The position numbers and the translations under genes are program-made. The notes beneath the pieces were generated by a model that was not told the DNA's origin, did not search any database, and saw nothing but the letters and a program-made list of their open reading frames with translations. Shown here piece by piece: positions 41,850-55,056 of a stretch of DNA of 64,000 nucleotides; the stretch's first letter is position 1, and every line of letters starts with the position of its first letter. This stretch comes from Eledone cirrhosa (taxonomy: Eukaryota), in NCBI GenBank assembly GCA_964016885.1, contig OZ024741.1:281108001-281172000 (forward strand), given 5' to 3'.

Positions 41850-43046
41850 TTGGATGTATCTCTTAATCTTGACACTGGCCTATATTACCCTTACCATAAA
41901 AACAATGAGAATCTTAATTATGTTAACTTTAAATCTAACCATCCTACCAATATCAAGAATGCTATAGTTAATAATATTGGAAATAGAATATCTAACATAT
42001 CTTCTAATAAAAACATCTTTGATGCTAACGCCAATTACTATAATAACGCACTTTCTAAAGCCGGCTATCCAGATAAAATCAAATATAATAAAGAAACAAA
42101 TTCTAGGAAAACTTACAGTAGAATAATTAATCATGACCATTCCAATAATTTTAATAAAAGACCTAGATACAAAAACATAATCTGGTATAATGCTCCTTTC
42201 TCCATCTCTATTAATAACAATATTCCTAAATTATTTTTTAGTGCCTTAAATAAATGCTTCCCTCCCTCACATATCTATAGTAAAATATTTAACAAACACA
42301 CCATCAAATTTTCGTATTCTACATCCTCCAATATTTCCAACATCATCTCTAAACACAACAACAAAATATTAAATACTAAATCTCTTCCTTCCAATATCGA
42401 ACTTCATAATAACAGTAATAGTACTCCCGACGTCATTGTAAACCCTAGGCTAACTTCTGTAAACCCAAATACAACGTCAAACACAACTTCGCTAAATGTT
42501 CATAATCCAACTCTAAATCAAGAAACTATTATTCCTATTATTCCTATCGCAAACAACTTCTCCAATCCAATTCCTTCTATAGATAACACTAGATCACTCA
42601 TTAATAATCTCTCTAATTGCAACTGCCGCATCAAAAATAAATGTCCTCTCAACAACCATTGCCTCGATAAAAACTTAATTTATGAATGTAAAATTATAAC
42701 TAGCACCAATTCCTTCACCTATTTTGGCTCCACTTCCACCTCTTTTAAAGCTCGTCTCTATAATCATCATTCATCTTTCAAATACAAACTTAAAAGAACT
42801 AACACTGCTCTCTCAGAACTCATATGGTCCTTAAAAGACAAAAACATTAAATATAACATCTTTTGGAAAAAGATTTCTTCTGCATCCTCATACTTGAACA
42901 GCTCTCTATCTAAAATCTGTAATCTCTGCCTAAATGAAAAATTTACCATTATCTCTAACCTAGATTCTATAATAAACAGACGCTCAGATTTGTTTTCTAT
43001 CTGCCTGCATAAATTCCATAGAACTTTTCACAAAGTATACAGTTAA
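41850..43046 (+). pseudogene. PLE RT thumb + GIY-YIG fragment (same group as the 820-aa ORF)
   Basis: NFLDVSLNL, SNHP, IIWYNAPFS, CNCRIKNKCPLNNHC, LIYEC..TYFG..R..HH, CNLC. Confidence 0.9.
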
Positions 43047-44036
43047 TATTCAATTCTTTATCAATTTAGAATCTTTTCTTAAAGGCACATATACATACAC
43101 CTCTTTAAAATATACCCATCTACCTTACCTTACTTTAAAGGGCATTATACACTCTATAATACTCGTTTACTCATTACCCTCATTCTATCTTCTCGTAAAA
43201 TAATAACATTTGTTTTTGACATTTTGAATATTCATCCGCAATTATTATTATTTTTTCTCTCTATCATAAATCTTTTTAATCTCAATTTCATCCTTAATTT
43301 ATTATTATTTTTTTCTCCCCATCAACGAACTCATTATTAATACATATCAATTCAATATACAAACTTTAACTTCACATTATTTTTCTCAAATCCTTCTACA
43401 CACAAACCATAACAACTTTTCTCTTCGCTAATTTTGAAATTGCCACAATACATACATTTCTTCTTTTGACGTTAGAATATTCACCCACAATTATTATTTT
43501 TTTCTCTCTATCTTCATACATAATTTCCCTTCGTTAATTTTCAAATTCCTTTAATTTATACATTATCTTCCAACGGTTCCCAACCTCTCTATATTAAAAC
43601 AATATATCTTTTTCTCAGTTCTAAAAACTATCTCTTTCTCTCTATCACCCATCTCTCCCTCTCCACCTTCACTCTCATCTCCTCCCCCCTTTTTTTCATC
43701 CTTTCCACCCCCCCCCCCTCCCTAAATAAAATATTTTTTCCTCGCACATATCCTCCCTTCGTTAATTTTCAAAATTTTTAATTTATACAGTATCTTCCAA
43801 CCGTTTTCAACCCCTCTATGTAAAAAATATATCTCCTCTCAGTTATAAAAACTATCTCTTTCTCTCTATCACCCATCTCTCCCTCTCATCTCCTTCCCTT
43901 TTCATCCTTCCCCCCCCTCTCTCTAAATAAAATATTTTTCCCAATATCACACATCAATCTAAAACCACTTTTCATATGTTGATTTAAAACTGCACTATCA
44001 ACAAGTGTTTTTTAGCCTTCATATCATGTTCTCCTG

Positions 44037-44103
44037 TTTTATCTGATGAAAACACAAATATTATTGCTTGATGATGTTTGTTTTTGAAATGCGCATAATA
44101 AAA
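44037..44103 (+). ncRNA. Type-I hammerhead ribozyme (inverted copy at 41076-41142, minus strand)
   Basis: ttttat-CTGATGA-aaacacaaata...tgtttgttttt-GAAA-tgcgca-TA-ataaaa; AU/GU-rich stem II. Confidence 0.65.
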
Positions 44104-44145
44104 TATATGGAACTCCTTTAACCATCTTTTGATCTTATATTATCG

Positions 44146-44183
<38 letters not shown>

Positions 44184-44344
44184 ATATGTATGTATATATG
44201 TATATGTATGTATATATATATATATGTATGTATATATATATGTACATGTATGTATATATATATATATGTATGTATATATATGTATATGTATGTATATATG
44301 TATATGTATGTGTATATGTATGCATATATATATATGTATATATA

Positions 44345-47300
44345 TTAAAGTGTTAAACAATATTCAATGAGTACATCAAAGAATGAGTTTTACAGTAGAT
44401 TGGAAGCACTCTACGGAAAAAAATAATTTTCCGGAGTTATTAATATTAAAATATAAATATTAATAAAATAGATGTTCTTTTGATCAATTACATTTTATTA
44501 TACATATTTCAGATGTACAACAGTACGTCCTCATCAGACAAAATATAATGATACATGACATACCTTGAGATGTTAAATGGTTAAGATTTAATCAAGGTAG
44601 TGATTAACCTAACAGAAGATTTAACATATATACCCTAATTATGAGAAAATGCGAAAACGTAATAAATTCATTAGAGAATGTGTGAGTAAGTAAAACGCTG
44701 CTTAATGTAAACTGTTATAGAGATTTTAAAATGTACGACACTACAATATATCTTGGAAAACATCTCATGAATCATAACAGCCAGTGATAGCCACTGGAAA
44801 AAGGATTTATAAAGAGGGAAAGATAAAGGGGGGGGGGGGATATATGCAGACGGAGATTTTTTCCGAAAGTTAAACGGTTAAATTTGAAAATATTTAATTT
44901 ATAATATTAGGGTGAAGACTCCAGATTTCAGGATTATTTGCTGGTTATTTATATATTCATTTTTATAAATTCGATAAGTGTGTTATCATTTCTAGACTTC
45001 TGAATTTTAAGAGTAACATCTAAAGGATTTAGCTGGCACATCATGAATGAAATATTATACTGCTGATTATTTTCCTAAATTTAAACTTTAACAAAGATAC
45101 CAACATATTAGGTATGTAAAGCTTTTGAAGTACTTATTGTTATAAATATTTAAATAACGATTATGTATATAGATATATATTAATGAGCCAGCATATTTTA
45201 GGTAAATAATAACGACGAAGATTAAAATAAAATAATAGATTGAGGCATGTTAAGGTTAAATATACACCTATATATAACTGGGTGTAAATGTATTAATTAT
45301 TCTTTAACGAAGATACCAGCATATTAGGTATGTAAAGCTTCTGAAGTATTTATTGTTAGAAATATTTAAATAACGATTATGTATATAGATTACATATATA
45401 TAATTACATACATATTATAATACATTATATTATATTACATACATATTATAATACATTATAACGATTATGTATATAGATTACATATATATAATTAATTACA
45501 TACATATTATAATACACTATATTATAAATAAGAGATCAAAAACGCAGCAAATATTCACATTTATATATAAGTTTGAATCTGTTTTAAATTTTAGATTTTA
45601 AAGTGCAGTAAATATATTAAAAAAAAAATATATACATATACTATATTATATTATACTATAAATAAGAGATCAAAAACTCATTAAAAATTCACAGTTTTAG
45701 ATAAGTTCCGTAAAGATGTAAGGATTGGGTATTAAACTAAAATTTAAAGCATAGATAGGAAGATAGATATAGAAATAAAGAAATAATGGTATTGATCAAA
45801 GTTAATAAAATAAAGTTATGTGTATCAGTGTTCCGGCATGTTATTGAACAAGTGTCATTCATTCGAGCGTTATTTCTTCTGTAGATAGCTATAATATAAA
45901 GCAATATTAAAGGCCATTAATGTTTTTCCCTGTTGATTATATATTCCTGGTAACCAAGTTATTAATGGTTTAGTGTTATTGTCTCTTTTTTTCTCGTTTT
46001 ATGGGAGGCTAAAAAAGTGGACGTAGCTTTATGGAGGCAACTAGAGAATAATTCACTTTTTTTGTTAATTAGGGTCTCATAGTTATTAATAATCAACAGG
46101 GTCTCCATTGTACAGAGCGGGCAGTTATTTGATATACTAGAGTTGCGGTAAATTCCAAAGTTTTGTCCAAAGAATGGAGTATTTTAAATTCTTCTCTTTT
46201 AATGACCATATGAGCTGTGATAAAGACGTGGATGATTTTCTCTTAGAGTTCGAGAATGAGCATTTATGGTTCGCAAAACGGGCTTTGAATGTCGAAGAGG
46301 TCGAACCTATGTAGTTGTATGTGCTGTGATCAGTTTTTACGGTGCATTTATAAACCAAATTACTATCTAAACAATTATTTTGCAAAGGGCAATTAGTTTT
46401 ATTTCTACAATTACATTTTGGTTTAGTATCATTTATGTTAACTCTATTATTAGGATCATATGGCAAACCATATGACTGATTTAGATCTAGTTCATATTCT
46501 CGATTTATTTAGCGTATGGGTGTTTGAATTATAATTATTATAGTTTCTCTTATATATGTTATTATTTTTATTATTATTATTAGGAATAATACTTGGGTTA
46601 TTATTATCTACATATTCTATATTATTCATATATCCTGCTCTTTTTAATGCGTTGTAGTATTCAGCGTTTTTATCAAATATATCTTTATTGGCTGATATTT
46701 TATTAATACGTTTTTGCACACTATTTACTATAGCTTTTTTTTTTACAGATCTAGGGTGATTTGAATAGTTACTAACATAGTTTAAGTTTTCATTAGGCTT
46801 ATGAAAAGGGTAATAGAAGCCAGTGTTTAAGTTAAAAGGTAACGTCTAGGAAATTAACTATTTTGGTACCATTTTCTACTTCTAAATTAAGGTCGTATGT
46901 TTTAAAGAATTCTATTATACTTTTCTTTACTCTATTTAGTTCTATATTGTTGTGTTTGACCACCGTAAATAAAATGTCGTCCCTATATAAACCACCGGTA
47001 ATCTCTGGCAGTTTTCTATTTATCATATTTAATATGAAAATTCCCAGATCTGTGATTTGTGCAGAATCGGATGCCCCCATAGTGATATCAAAGTTTCTAT
47101 CTCTATCTGAGCATGTCCAAAATTCGTTATTGAAGTTAATAAGAGTTCTTCTGCCTGTTAAAAATATATCTATTTCATCCGTGGTTAGATCAGTATGCTT
47201 ATATGCATATGAAAGGGCTTTATTTAGAAGCTTAGGTGTTATGGAAGAATAGTAGCTAGTAATGTCCATCTGGATGAATTTATGGTTTTTCGTATCTTCA

Positions 47301-47958
47301 ATATTTGTGTACCGTTCAATGACCTCATTTGTATCTTTCCATAAGCTCAAACTAGATCTCAATTTAAGAGTGGGTAATATTCTATCTATGATGTTTTTAC
47401 TGATTACTCCTATATCTAATTTCGATGGAGCAATCAGTCTAACTGGCATCTCTTCCTTAAAGTTTCTTTTATGATCCTTCAGGTTAATCCTCGGCTGTCT
47501 AGGTAAAAATGGCTCAGTTCTTCCTTGTATTCCTAAATTGGTAATTAATTTGTAGGCTTCTTCATTAATTTCAGTAAGATCCTCAGCCAGGGCTTTTTTG
47601 TAATTTTTCCTAAGTTCTTTCAAAATCAGGTCGTTATATTCATCTTTGCTTATCCCATATAAATTATTAGTTTTGTTCGATTTAACCAGTTCTTTGTTAA
47701 CATTTTTTATTTCAGTGATTTTATCTTTTAGAGTTCTAAGGTATTGGTGACCTATATATGGGTTTTTCCTAAATTTAATTTTTTTGATTATACCAAGCAT
47801 TTCTGTTTCAAAAACCTCCAGAAGTTTGTTGTATGGAGGATTTTTTCTTGATTTAAACAAGAATTCAAAATGATTGTTGTTGGTTTTTCTTTCAGCATCT
47901 TTATTTTCGAAATGAAAAGCTCTCCATCTCAATCTTCTAATAAAAGAGTTTGTCAGTT
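44345..47958 (-). mobile_element. Older, frameshifted near-full-length PLE (YRDD type)
   Basis: ORF pieces 46832-47932 (RWRAFHF, MDITSYYSSI, FDITMGASDSAQITDL, GLYRDD), 46492-46719 and 46137-46466 (CNCRNKTNCPL..YIG); TA flanks. Confidence 0.9.
44487..44549 (-). ncRNA. Type-I hammerhead ribozyme in PLE 3' pseudo-LTR
   Basis: Minus strand: attatattttgt-CTGATGA-ggacgtac-tgtt-gtacatct-GAAA-tatgta-TA-ataaaatgtaat. Confidence 0.75.
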
Positions 47959-48105
47959 ATATATGTATATATATAGGTATATGTATGCATATATGTATAT
48001 ATATATATGTATATGTATATGTATGCATATATATATATGTATATATATATGTATATGTATGCATATATATATATGTATATATATATGTATGCATATATAT
48101 ATATA

Positions 48106-48372
48106 GAGAAGACTACGTTGGTACAGTACGATAGCTGTATAAAAAGTGCAGGGCGATAAAAATAGACGGTAGCCACGGAGTAGGCAGACCCAGAAAAACC
48201 TGGGATGACTTGATAAATTCCGACCTCACACACTTACACCTCTCCAAGACAATGTCACTGGACCGAGATCTTTGGCGCTACAGTCATACAGAAGACCCGC
48301 CTTGCTTAAGTACAAAGCGAAACCTACAGTCAGTAGGCACCTCTTAACCAAAATATCCCCCCCCCCCCCCAC
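48106..48372 (+). mobile_element. RTE 3' end fragment, same family as 1601-3539
   Basis: Matches the reverse complement of ~1775-2060 ([14 protein letters not shown]; acctacagtcagtaggca; poly-C); starts at a TA tract. Confidence 0.8.
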
Positions 48373-48379
48373 TTCAACA

Positions 48380-49680
48380 GAGGGACTATAGACATGATCT
48401 CCTGTGCAAGATAGATACAGAAAAAGAGCAGAGAACAGCAAAGACCCCCATTACATCATTTTTAATGATCTTGAAAAGGCATTTGACAGTGTGCCTAGGT
48501 AGGCCATGTGGCAGATACTCGAAAGGTTTGGATGTCCACCAACATTGGTCTCCATTATCAGAACATTCCATGATGATATAGTGGGCAGGGTGGTGCACAA
48601 CAACTAAACCACCAAAACCTTCTTGATCACTTGTGACTTAAAACTGGGCTGTCTCTTGGCACCTACCCATTCCTCCATCTATTTAGTAGCCAAGATGTTT
48701 GAAGTCCCACCTGACAGTTCTAGAGTAAACCTACACTACCAACTTGATGGGAACTTTTTCAATACTGCCCACTTTCAATCTAGGAGAAACATAATAGCCT
48801 TCAGAGTGACTGACCTTCAGTTTGCCAATGATATGGCTACCTTGACCAGCCGTGCGGAAGATATTGAAAGATCTGTGAGGAATTATACCAATGCATACCA
48901 GCAGTTTAGCTTCACAGTTAATGTGAATATGTCTAAAATTCTGACCCAACATATCCTAGGATTAAATGGACCTGAATCCTACATCAAAACTGAGGGATGG
49001 GGGTAGAGAATGTGTCTCAATTTCCCTTCATTGGAGCAGTCCTAGCTGAGGATGCAACATCAAGCAAAGACATGGAATGTAGGGTCCAGGCAAGTGCTGC
49101 TTTTGGGTCATTCAGTAAGAGAGTCTTCCAGAACAGATATTTGAAATAAGAAACAAAGCTAATGGTGCATAAAGCTTCCCACACTTTTGTATGGCTGAGA
49201 CATGGACATTGTACAGGAAAGATATAAAAAAACTGGAGGCCTTTCATCAGAGGAAACTCCAGGCCATCATGAACATTGTGTGGAAGGATAACGTGAGCAA
49301 CACCATGACTCTCGACAGAGCTGTCAGTTGAAGCATCAAAAGCACCATAATTGCACAACGCTTGCGATGGGCAGGACATGTCACATGCATGAATGAATGT
49401 AGGCTTCCCAAGAAAGTTTTCTACAGTGAACTGACTGAAAGAAAACGCCATCTTGGTGCACCAACAAAGCACTCTAAAGACCAACCTAAGCGAACACTTA
49501 AAAGCTGTGACTTGGACCATAACAACTTGGAATCGGATGTGCAGGATAGGGAGCTTTGGAGGAAGAAGATGAAAACAGGCATAGCATACTTTGACTTGGA
49601 AGAAAGATGTCCTTGAGACAAAGAAATAGGACAGACTGAACAAACCCTTCACCACATATCCAATGCCCAAACTACCTCCA
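48380..49680 (+). mobile_element. Degraded RTE/BovB-like LINE RT fragment
   Basis: DLEKAFDSV, KLGCLLAPT, LQFANDM, LRWAGHVTCMNECRLPKKVFYSEL; many stops and frameshifts. Confidence 0.75.
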
Positions 49681-50089
49681 GTTGGTTCATGCACGAATTG
49701 GACTGATAAATTACCTACACAACTGATCCTTTATACTGACAAGAGTGAAGAATCAATATATACAGTGTCATCAGATAAGTTCTTGTCTATGTTTGTGGTT
49801 ATGTCCTGTAACTTTGCAGCTTACAAAAAGAGATTGATAAAATAGGTATGAAACTTGAGAAAATAGGTACTAAGGTCAATATAATTGACTAAACCTCTTA
49901 AGGCAGTAACCCAGCATGGCTGCTGTCTAATAACTGAAATCAGTAAAAGAATAAAAGAGTAGTAGTATATAGCTGTAATTACAAGAGATAGTTCTTGAAA
50001 AAAATTTTTTGTAATAAAAAACAAGAGAAAACAAAAATGAACAAAACATCAATATTGGGACTTCTAGATGGATAAAAAAAATTAAATTA

Positions 50090-50430
50090 TAATTTCAAAT
50101 TAAGACAAAGCCAATGATTTGGATGGAAGGAACAGTTGATTATACTGATTCCAGTATATGACTGGTACTTTATTTTATCGACCTTGGAAGTTTGAAAGGT
50201 AAAATTGACCTCAATGGGATTTGAATTCAGACTGTAAAGGGTTATTGGAAATACTTTTGAGGAAAGCAACAAAACAATTATATTGAATCCAGTTCTTGAC
50301 TGGTACTTTATTTTATCAACCATGAAAGGTTGAAAAACACAATTAACTTCAGCAGGATTTGAACTCAGAATGTAAAGAGCGATAATTAAATGTTGCAAAA
50401 CATTTTGGCTAATGCTCTAACAATGCTGCC
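50090..50430 (-). mobile_element. Two adjacent degraded tRNA-derived CORE-type SINE copies
   Basis: Two instances of the reverse complement of gagttcaaat..gaggt(c/t)aa..tt..cctttca...gataaaataaagtaccag. Confidence 0.65.
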
Positions 50431-50896
50431 AATCAAATAATTTATTTTTATGTTTTGCTTAGAGTTAAGATGAGTAATTTACTTGTCAACATTTCAAATT
50501 AATTTTCACCAGTATATTTATTTTACATTTTTTAAAACTAGCTATGTATTTATCTTTACAATTATTATCAGAGATATCCAGAATAAATTCCCCCAAGAAA
50601 GATGAAGATATAATCTAGAAAAATAACTCTAAATCTAAACAAATCTATCTCCCTATCTAGTCTAAAATATTCCTGTTTCTCCCTTTTCTCTTTCTATCTC
50701 ATTTGAAATAAACTCATTTCTAAAGAATTCTGAAGTTAGCATATACAATCTTTGGGGGAAAACATTTAAAAATTGAATTATACTTTTCACTTTGTCATAT
50801 TATATAACATTTTAGTTTCTAGGTTTAGTGTGTGCATGTACAAGCATGCCTACACACGCACACATACACACACATACTGTTAAAAAATATGAACAT

Positions 50897-51004
50897 GAAA
50901 ATTGTCTTACCTGTTGGTAAAAATTGTCTTCCCTGTTAATAAAAAATTGCCTTACTTGTTGGTATTGTCTTACCTATTAATAAAAACTGTCTTACCTGTT
51001 GGTA
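50897..51004. repeat. ~21-bp tandem repeat (aaaattgtcttacctgttggt), about 5 copies
   Basis: Directly visible, degenerate copies. Confidence 0.7.
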
Positions 51005-51899
51005 AATAATTTTGTTATATTGTAATTATTTTACATTTTTCTACTACTTTCCAATGCATTTGCCAAATAATCTTTTAAAATGGAGAAAACTAATGAACAA
51101 CAATACAATAAATCTTGTATGTTGTTTTTCTTATATTTAAAAAAATATGCATTCTTAAGTTAATTTTCCTGTTAGGAAATGACAAAAAAATTGTTTCATA
51201 GATGATAAATTTACTTTCTCCAATATGTTGCCAACTACTTGAATAAGGATTTCTTAAATAAGCTAGAAAGCTTCATCATCATTATCATGTTCCTGCAACT
51301 GGTGCAGCCAGTTGTTGGGGGTGCCACACTAGATGCTTTTGCAGTCAGTTGTTGCCATTGGTTCTATTCTCTGTCATGTGTAGATGGGTCTTGGTGTTGT
51401 GACCAGTCCAGTTTTTTATGTTGTCGGATCGGACCAGGATTTTCTTTGTCTGCTTTTTATTTATCCTCCCTTGACTGTGCCCTGAAGGATGGTTTTGGAT
51501 AAGGTGTTGTGGCAGGATATGATATATGACCATATCATGTAATCGCCTCTCTTTTCACCATTGCAAAGAGTGGTTCCTGTCTGCCAGAATATTTGTTAAT
51601 TTGCTGCCTGAGAAAGCTAAGCAAGTGTTTATTTTAAGGACACAATTTAATCAATATCTGTAGTGATATATAATTTATAATTCCAGAGACAGATCTACTT
51701 TATCTTACTCAGTCAACCATTTCATTTGTATTTTTCTTAATCTAGATGCATGCATGGTCCCATAACTCCCGAGGGAGTTGTAGGGATGCCATATTGACAT
51801 ACAATGTTTTTAGGGCATTTTAAAATCTGGCAGAACCCAATCCTCTCCAGATCTGAATACAGCAGATTTTTTCCAGAGAAGGTTAGAGAGTGAAAGAAT

Positions 51900-52080
51900 G
51901 GAAGTGAGAAAGAGATATAGAAGAATCGACCCCAGTATTTGGCTGGTACATTTTTATCAACCTTGATTGGAGGAAAAGCAAAGCTGACCTCAGCAGAATT
52001 TAAACTCAGTAAGAAGAGGGCGGAAGTAAATAGCACAACGCATTCTATCCAGTGTTCTAATGACTACCAATTCACTGCTT
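51900..52080 (-). mobile_element. tRNA-derived SINE copy
   Basis: cgaccccagt..tggtac..ttttatcaacc..aaagctgacctcagcagaatttaaactcag. Confidence 0.6.
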
Positions 52081-52983
52081 TATTCTTAATCTAGATAAGA
52101 TAGTCTTAACCTTTTGATATGAAACCACCTAAAATTTCTCCTGGTTTTTAATACAAAACTGTTTTGATGTGTTTATTTTTATCTAAAACCTCTCATTAGA
52201 ATTTTATGTAAGAACCTCTGTTATCTTCCAAATACCAGTTCAATAAAGAGATGTTAGTTGTTTCTCCAAATCCTTCCAAATTCTTCATTGCTTTCAGAAT
52301 GATTTGAAAATGATAGGCAATGTCTTTCGATAGAAATATAGTAACGAAAAGGTCACCCTATCTAATGCAGGAATGCGCATGTAGTTAAGAAGTTTACTTT
52401 ACAATTATAGGGTCCAGGGTTCGATCCTGCTCTGTGGTATTTTGGGAAAATGTCTTTTAACAAACCTATGGCTTGATTCAAACCTTGGGACTAAAGTTGA
52501 TAGAAACTGAGTGAAAAACTGTAATTCAATGATTCAGAGAATTGCAGTAAAGGTACACATGTTTGTGGAATACTCAGTCACTTACACATTAACTCTTTTG
52601 ATTCCAAATTGCCTAAATCTAGCCCTGGTTCTAACTTCTCTGATTGGCTGGGAACTCACACCTCACTTATGTTTCTGCACTCTGCCAGGAGCTCAGGTGG
52701 GATAGAGACCTGTATTTCACTGATGTTCCTGCTCCTTATCAAGTGCTCTGGTGGGCTGGGGATCTACATCTCACAAAACGTTCCCATGCATTTTATCATG
52801 CCACCAGCACTAGGGAGGTTGTCCTCTATCTCAAATATGACATTACTTTTTCCTACATTGTAATGAGCACAAAGCAAAAGATTGGAAAACATTGTTTTAA
52901 ATTGGTTTTGTTTGTTGGTTTTACCATTTCCACTAAACATTCCATTACAGTGGATACTGATCCTTTTATTTATATTTTTTCAG

Positions 52984-53180
52984 CTTGTTACATCGGTGAT
53001 GGCATCTCCCTTTAATAACCAGATATGGAACATATCCAAAACCCAGGAAATTGAATTGGAAGAGATTGACCAGGAATTATCACTTGAAGCCGCAATTGAA
53101 TATATCAATAAAGATTTGAATGCAAAGCTGCTCGGCTTGAATCCTGCAAACAGTCAGTTATCTATTGACAAATTACTACA
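52984..53180 (+). CDS. ENO4: Enolase-4-like gene, internal exon
   Basis: tttttcag|...|gtaagt. LEAAIEYINKDLNAKLLGLNPANSQLSIDKLL resembles the enolase N-domain helix (AV..IN..I...L.G......Q..ID..M). Ends in phase 2. Confidence 0.7.
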
Positions 53181-53219
53181 GTAAGTTCCTGAATATATTG
53201 AAAAGGTTTAATGCAAGAC

Positions 53220-53430
53220 TGTCTCTTTGAAAGTAGAGTTAAAGGATTTAAAGAAACATTATTTCAATACTGGACATAGCATTATCTAATGTTCCTTTGG
53301 AAATAAAGTGAAGTGATTTGAAGAAATGTTATTGCAATACTGGACATTTTGTTATCTAATGTTCCTTTGAAAATAGAGTGAAGTGATTTGGAGAAAAGTT
53401 ATTGCAATACTGGACATAGCATTATCCAAG
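53220..53430. repeat. ~70-bp tandem triplication
   Basis: caatactggacat..ttatctaatgttccttt recurs three times. Confidence 0.65.
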
Positions 53431-54016
53431 TTTTAAAGAAACATTATTTCAAAAATTGTGTGTTCAGCTAGAGAAAATACCTTAATGTCTGGTAGCCGCA
53501 TCCTTAGGGATTTACTTCTGGCTTTTGGATATTTTTAAGCCAAACCCCAATAACTGTGTTTGCTGGTAGGCTAGTCTAAACTTAGGGAGGGACTGGATAC
53601 TTGAAGAGGAAATAGCACTATGATGCATTTCTAAAGCCCATTGAAATGTCACAATGGACACACAGTCAAATGTCTAGAGTGACACCTCAATGACAAGCTG
53701 TACCAGTTACAGGAACTTGATTTATTGCCTTGCTAACTGTCAGTCAGCCATTGACAGATTAATTAGGTAATTTACTGAACACCTTAATAATCCAGTGCAT
53801 ACATCAGTTTTAAGTATAAAATATATTCAGTTAACTTTTAGTGTGAAACTTTATCTTTATTCCATAACTCTATATGAATGTCATCATCATCATCATCACC
53901 ACCACTTTACAAAACAGACTGGGTGTATTTTATTGTGGCACCAACACAATGACACATATACCTCGATACTGTGTGGACTGAATACCCTTGTGACAAACTC
54001 CTGGCATAAAAATCCA

Positions 54017-54295
54017 TCAGTGGAATTGGATGTTGTTGCATTTGCTTGAGGTTGCTCTTTTATTGATGTATTTATTCAGGTTGTCTGTAAATATTGTTTT
54101 TTGTCTTCCTTGTCTCCTCTTTCTAGTAATCTTGCCACAAAGAATCAACTTCTCCAAACCATCTCTTATGTTTATGTACCCAAAGAATTCCAATTGCCTC
54201 TTTCTAATAGTACAGACAAGACATTTTTCCATGCCTGCCAGCCGTAGGACTTTGTCGTTTTCTTTTTCATCCAAATTATTTTGATTACTCTCCAT
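54017..54295 (-). mobile_element. RTE-like LINE 3' fragment
   Basis: IRKRQLEFFGYI..DGLEKLILCGKITRKRRQGRQK. Confidence 0.65.
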
Positions 54296-54518
54296 TTAAT
54301 CATAGGTTGAGCATCTAGTTACATATATATAACATTTTAAGTCACCATCAGCATTTCTACCAAATAAAATTATTAGACATTTATTAGCTTCTTTGAGCCC
54401 TGGTTGCAATTTTTCTCTATTCAAGTATGTTTTATTATAGCCAGTGAATTAGCAGAGTTGTTAAAATGTCAGATATTATGTTTTCAGTTTTGATTTCATT
54501 TTTTTTTTTCTTTTTCAG

Positions 54519-54671
54519 TGAGTTTTTCACAGAAATGCAACCTAAAGATATACCATTGTCACTGAGAAAATCTACAGATACTGCTGTCAACGAGGATATG
54601 AACGATGTTGACCTGGAACGAGAGAGGAGGGGATCCAAAATTAATAGATCTGCGCTCAAGAAATCTACCAA
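54519..54671 (+). CDS. ENO4: Enolase-4-like gene, next exon (charged insertion region)
   Basis: Long polypyrimidine tract + cag; 153 nt; phase 2 to phase 2, joins in frame with both neighbours (CA+T, AA+A); gtaaag donor. Confidence 0.65.
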
Positions 54672-54998
54672 GTAAAGTTTACCTTTTCTAAATTGATTTG
54701 TTTATAATAAACCAATGAGTTTATGAAGAAGAAATGGGGCTACTTTAAAAATTCAAAATATATTTGTTTTCCAATATAAAAGCAAAGGAATTTCAAATTG
54801 TTTATAACATAAAATACTACTGTTTCTTTAGGGTGTATCTGGTTTAGAATAATCATATGAAGTGAATAAAAAGTTTAGTGCCAGGAAGGGCGTGTGGCCA
54901 TAAAACATTGCCTCAGAAAGGTATGAATTCTGCCATAGGTTCCACAATGCTAACCCTTGCTTTAGTAGAGAAAAATGTTATGTGTATATATATATATA

Positions 54999-55039
<41 letters not shown>

Positions 55040-55056
<17 letters not shown>

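Larger units (their letters stand above)
40951..44140 (+). mobile_element. 5'-truncated PLE with inverted pseudo-LTR (40951-~41730)
   Basis: 41035-41725 is the reverse complement of ~43450-44143. Candidate TSD tatcgttatatatat at 40935-40949 and 44141-44155. The 3' UTR has an internal ~200-bp duplication. Confidence 0.9.

Noticed and set aside
50897-53430. Short tandem repeats considered as a CRISPR-like array
   Set aside because: Degenerate head-to-tail repeats without unique spacers, in a eukaryotic context with no cas genes.
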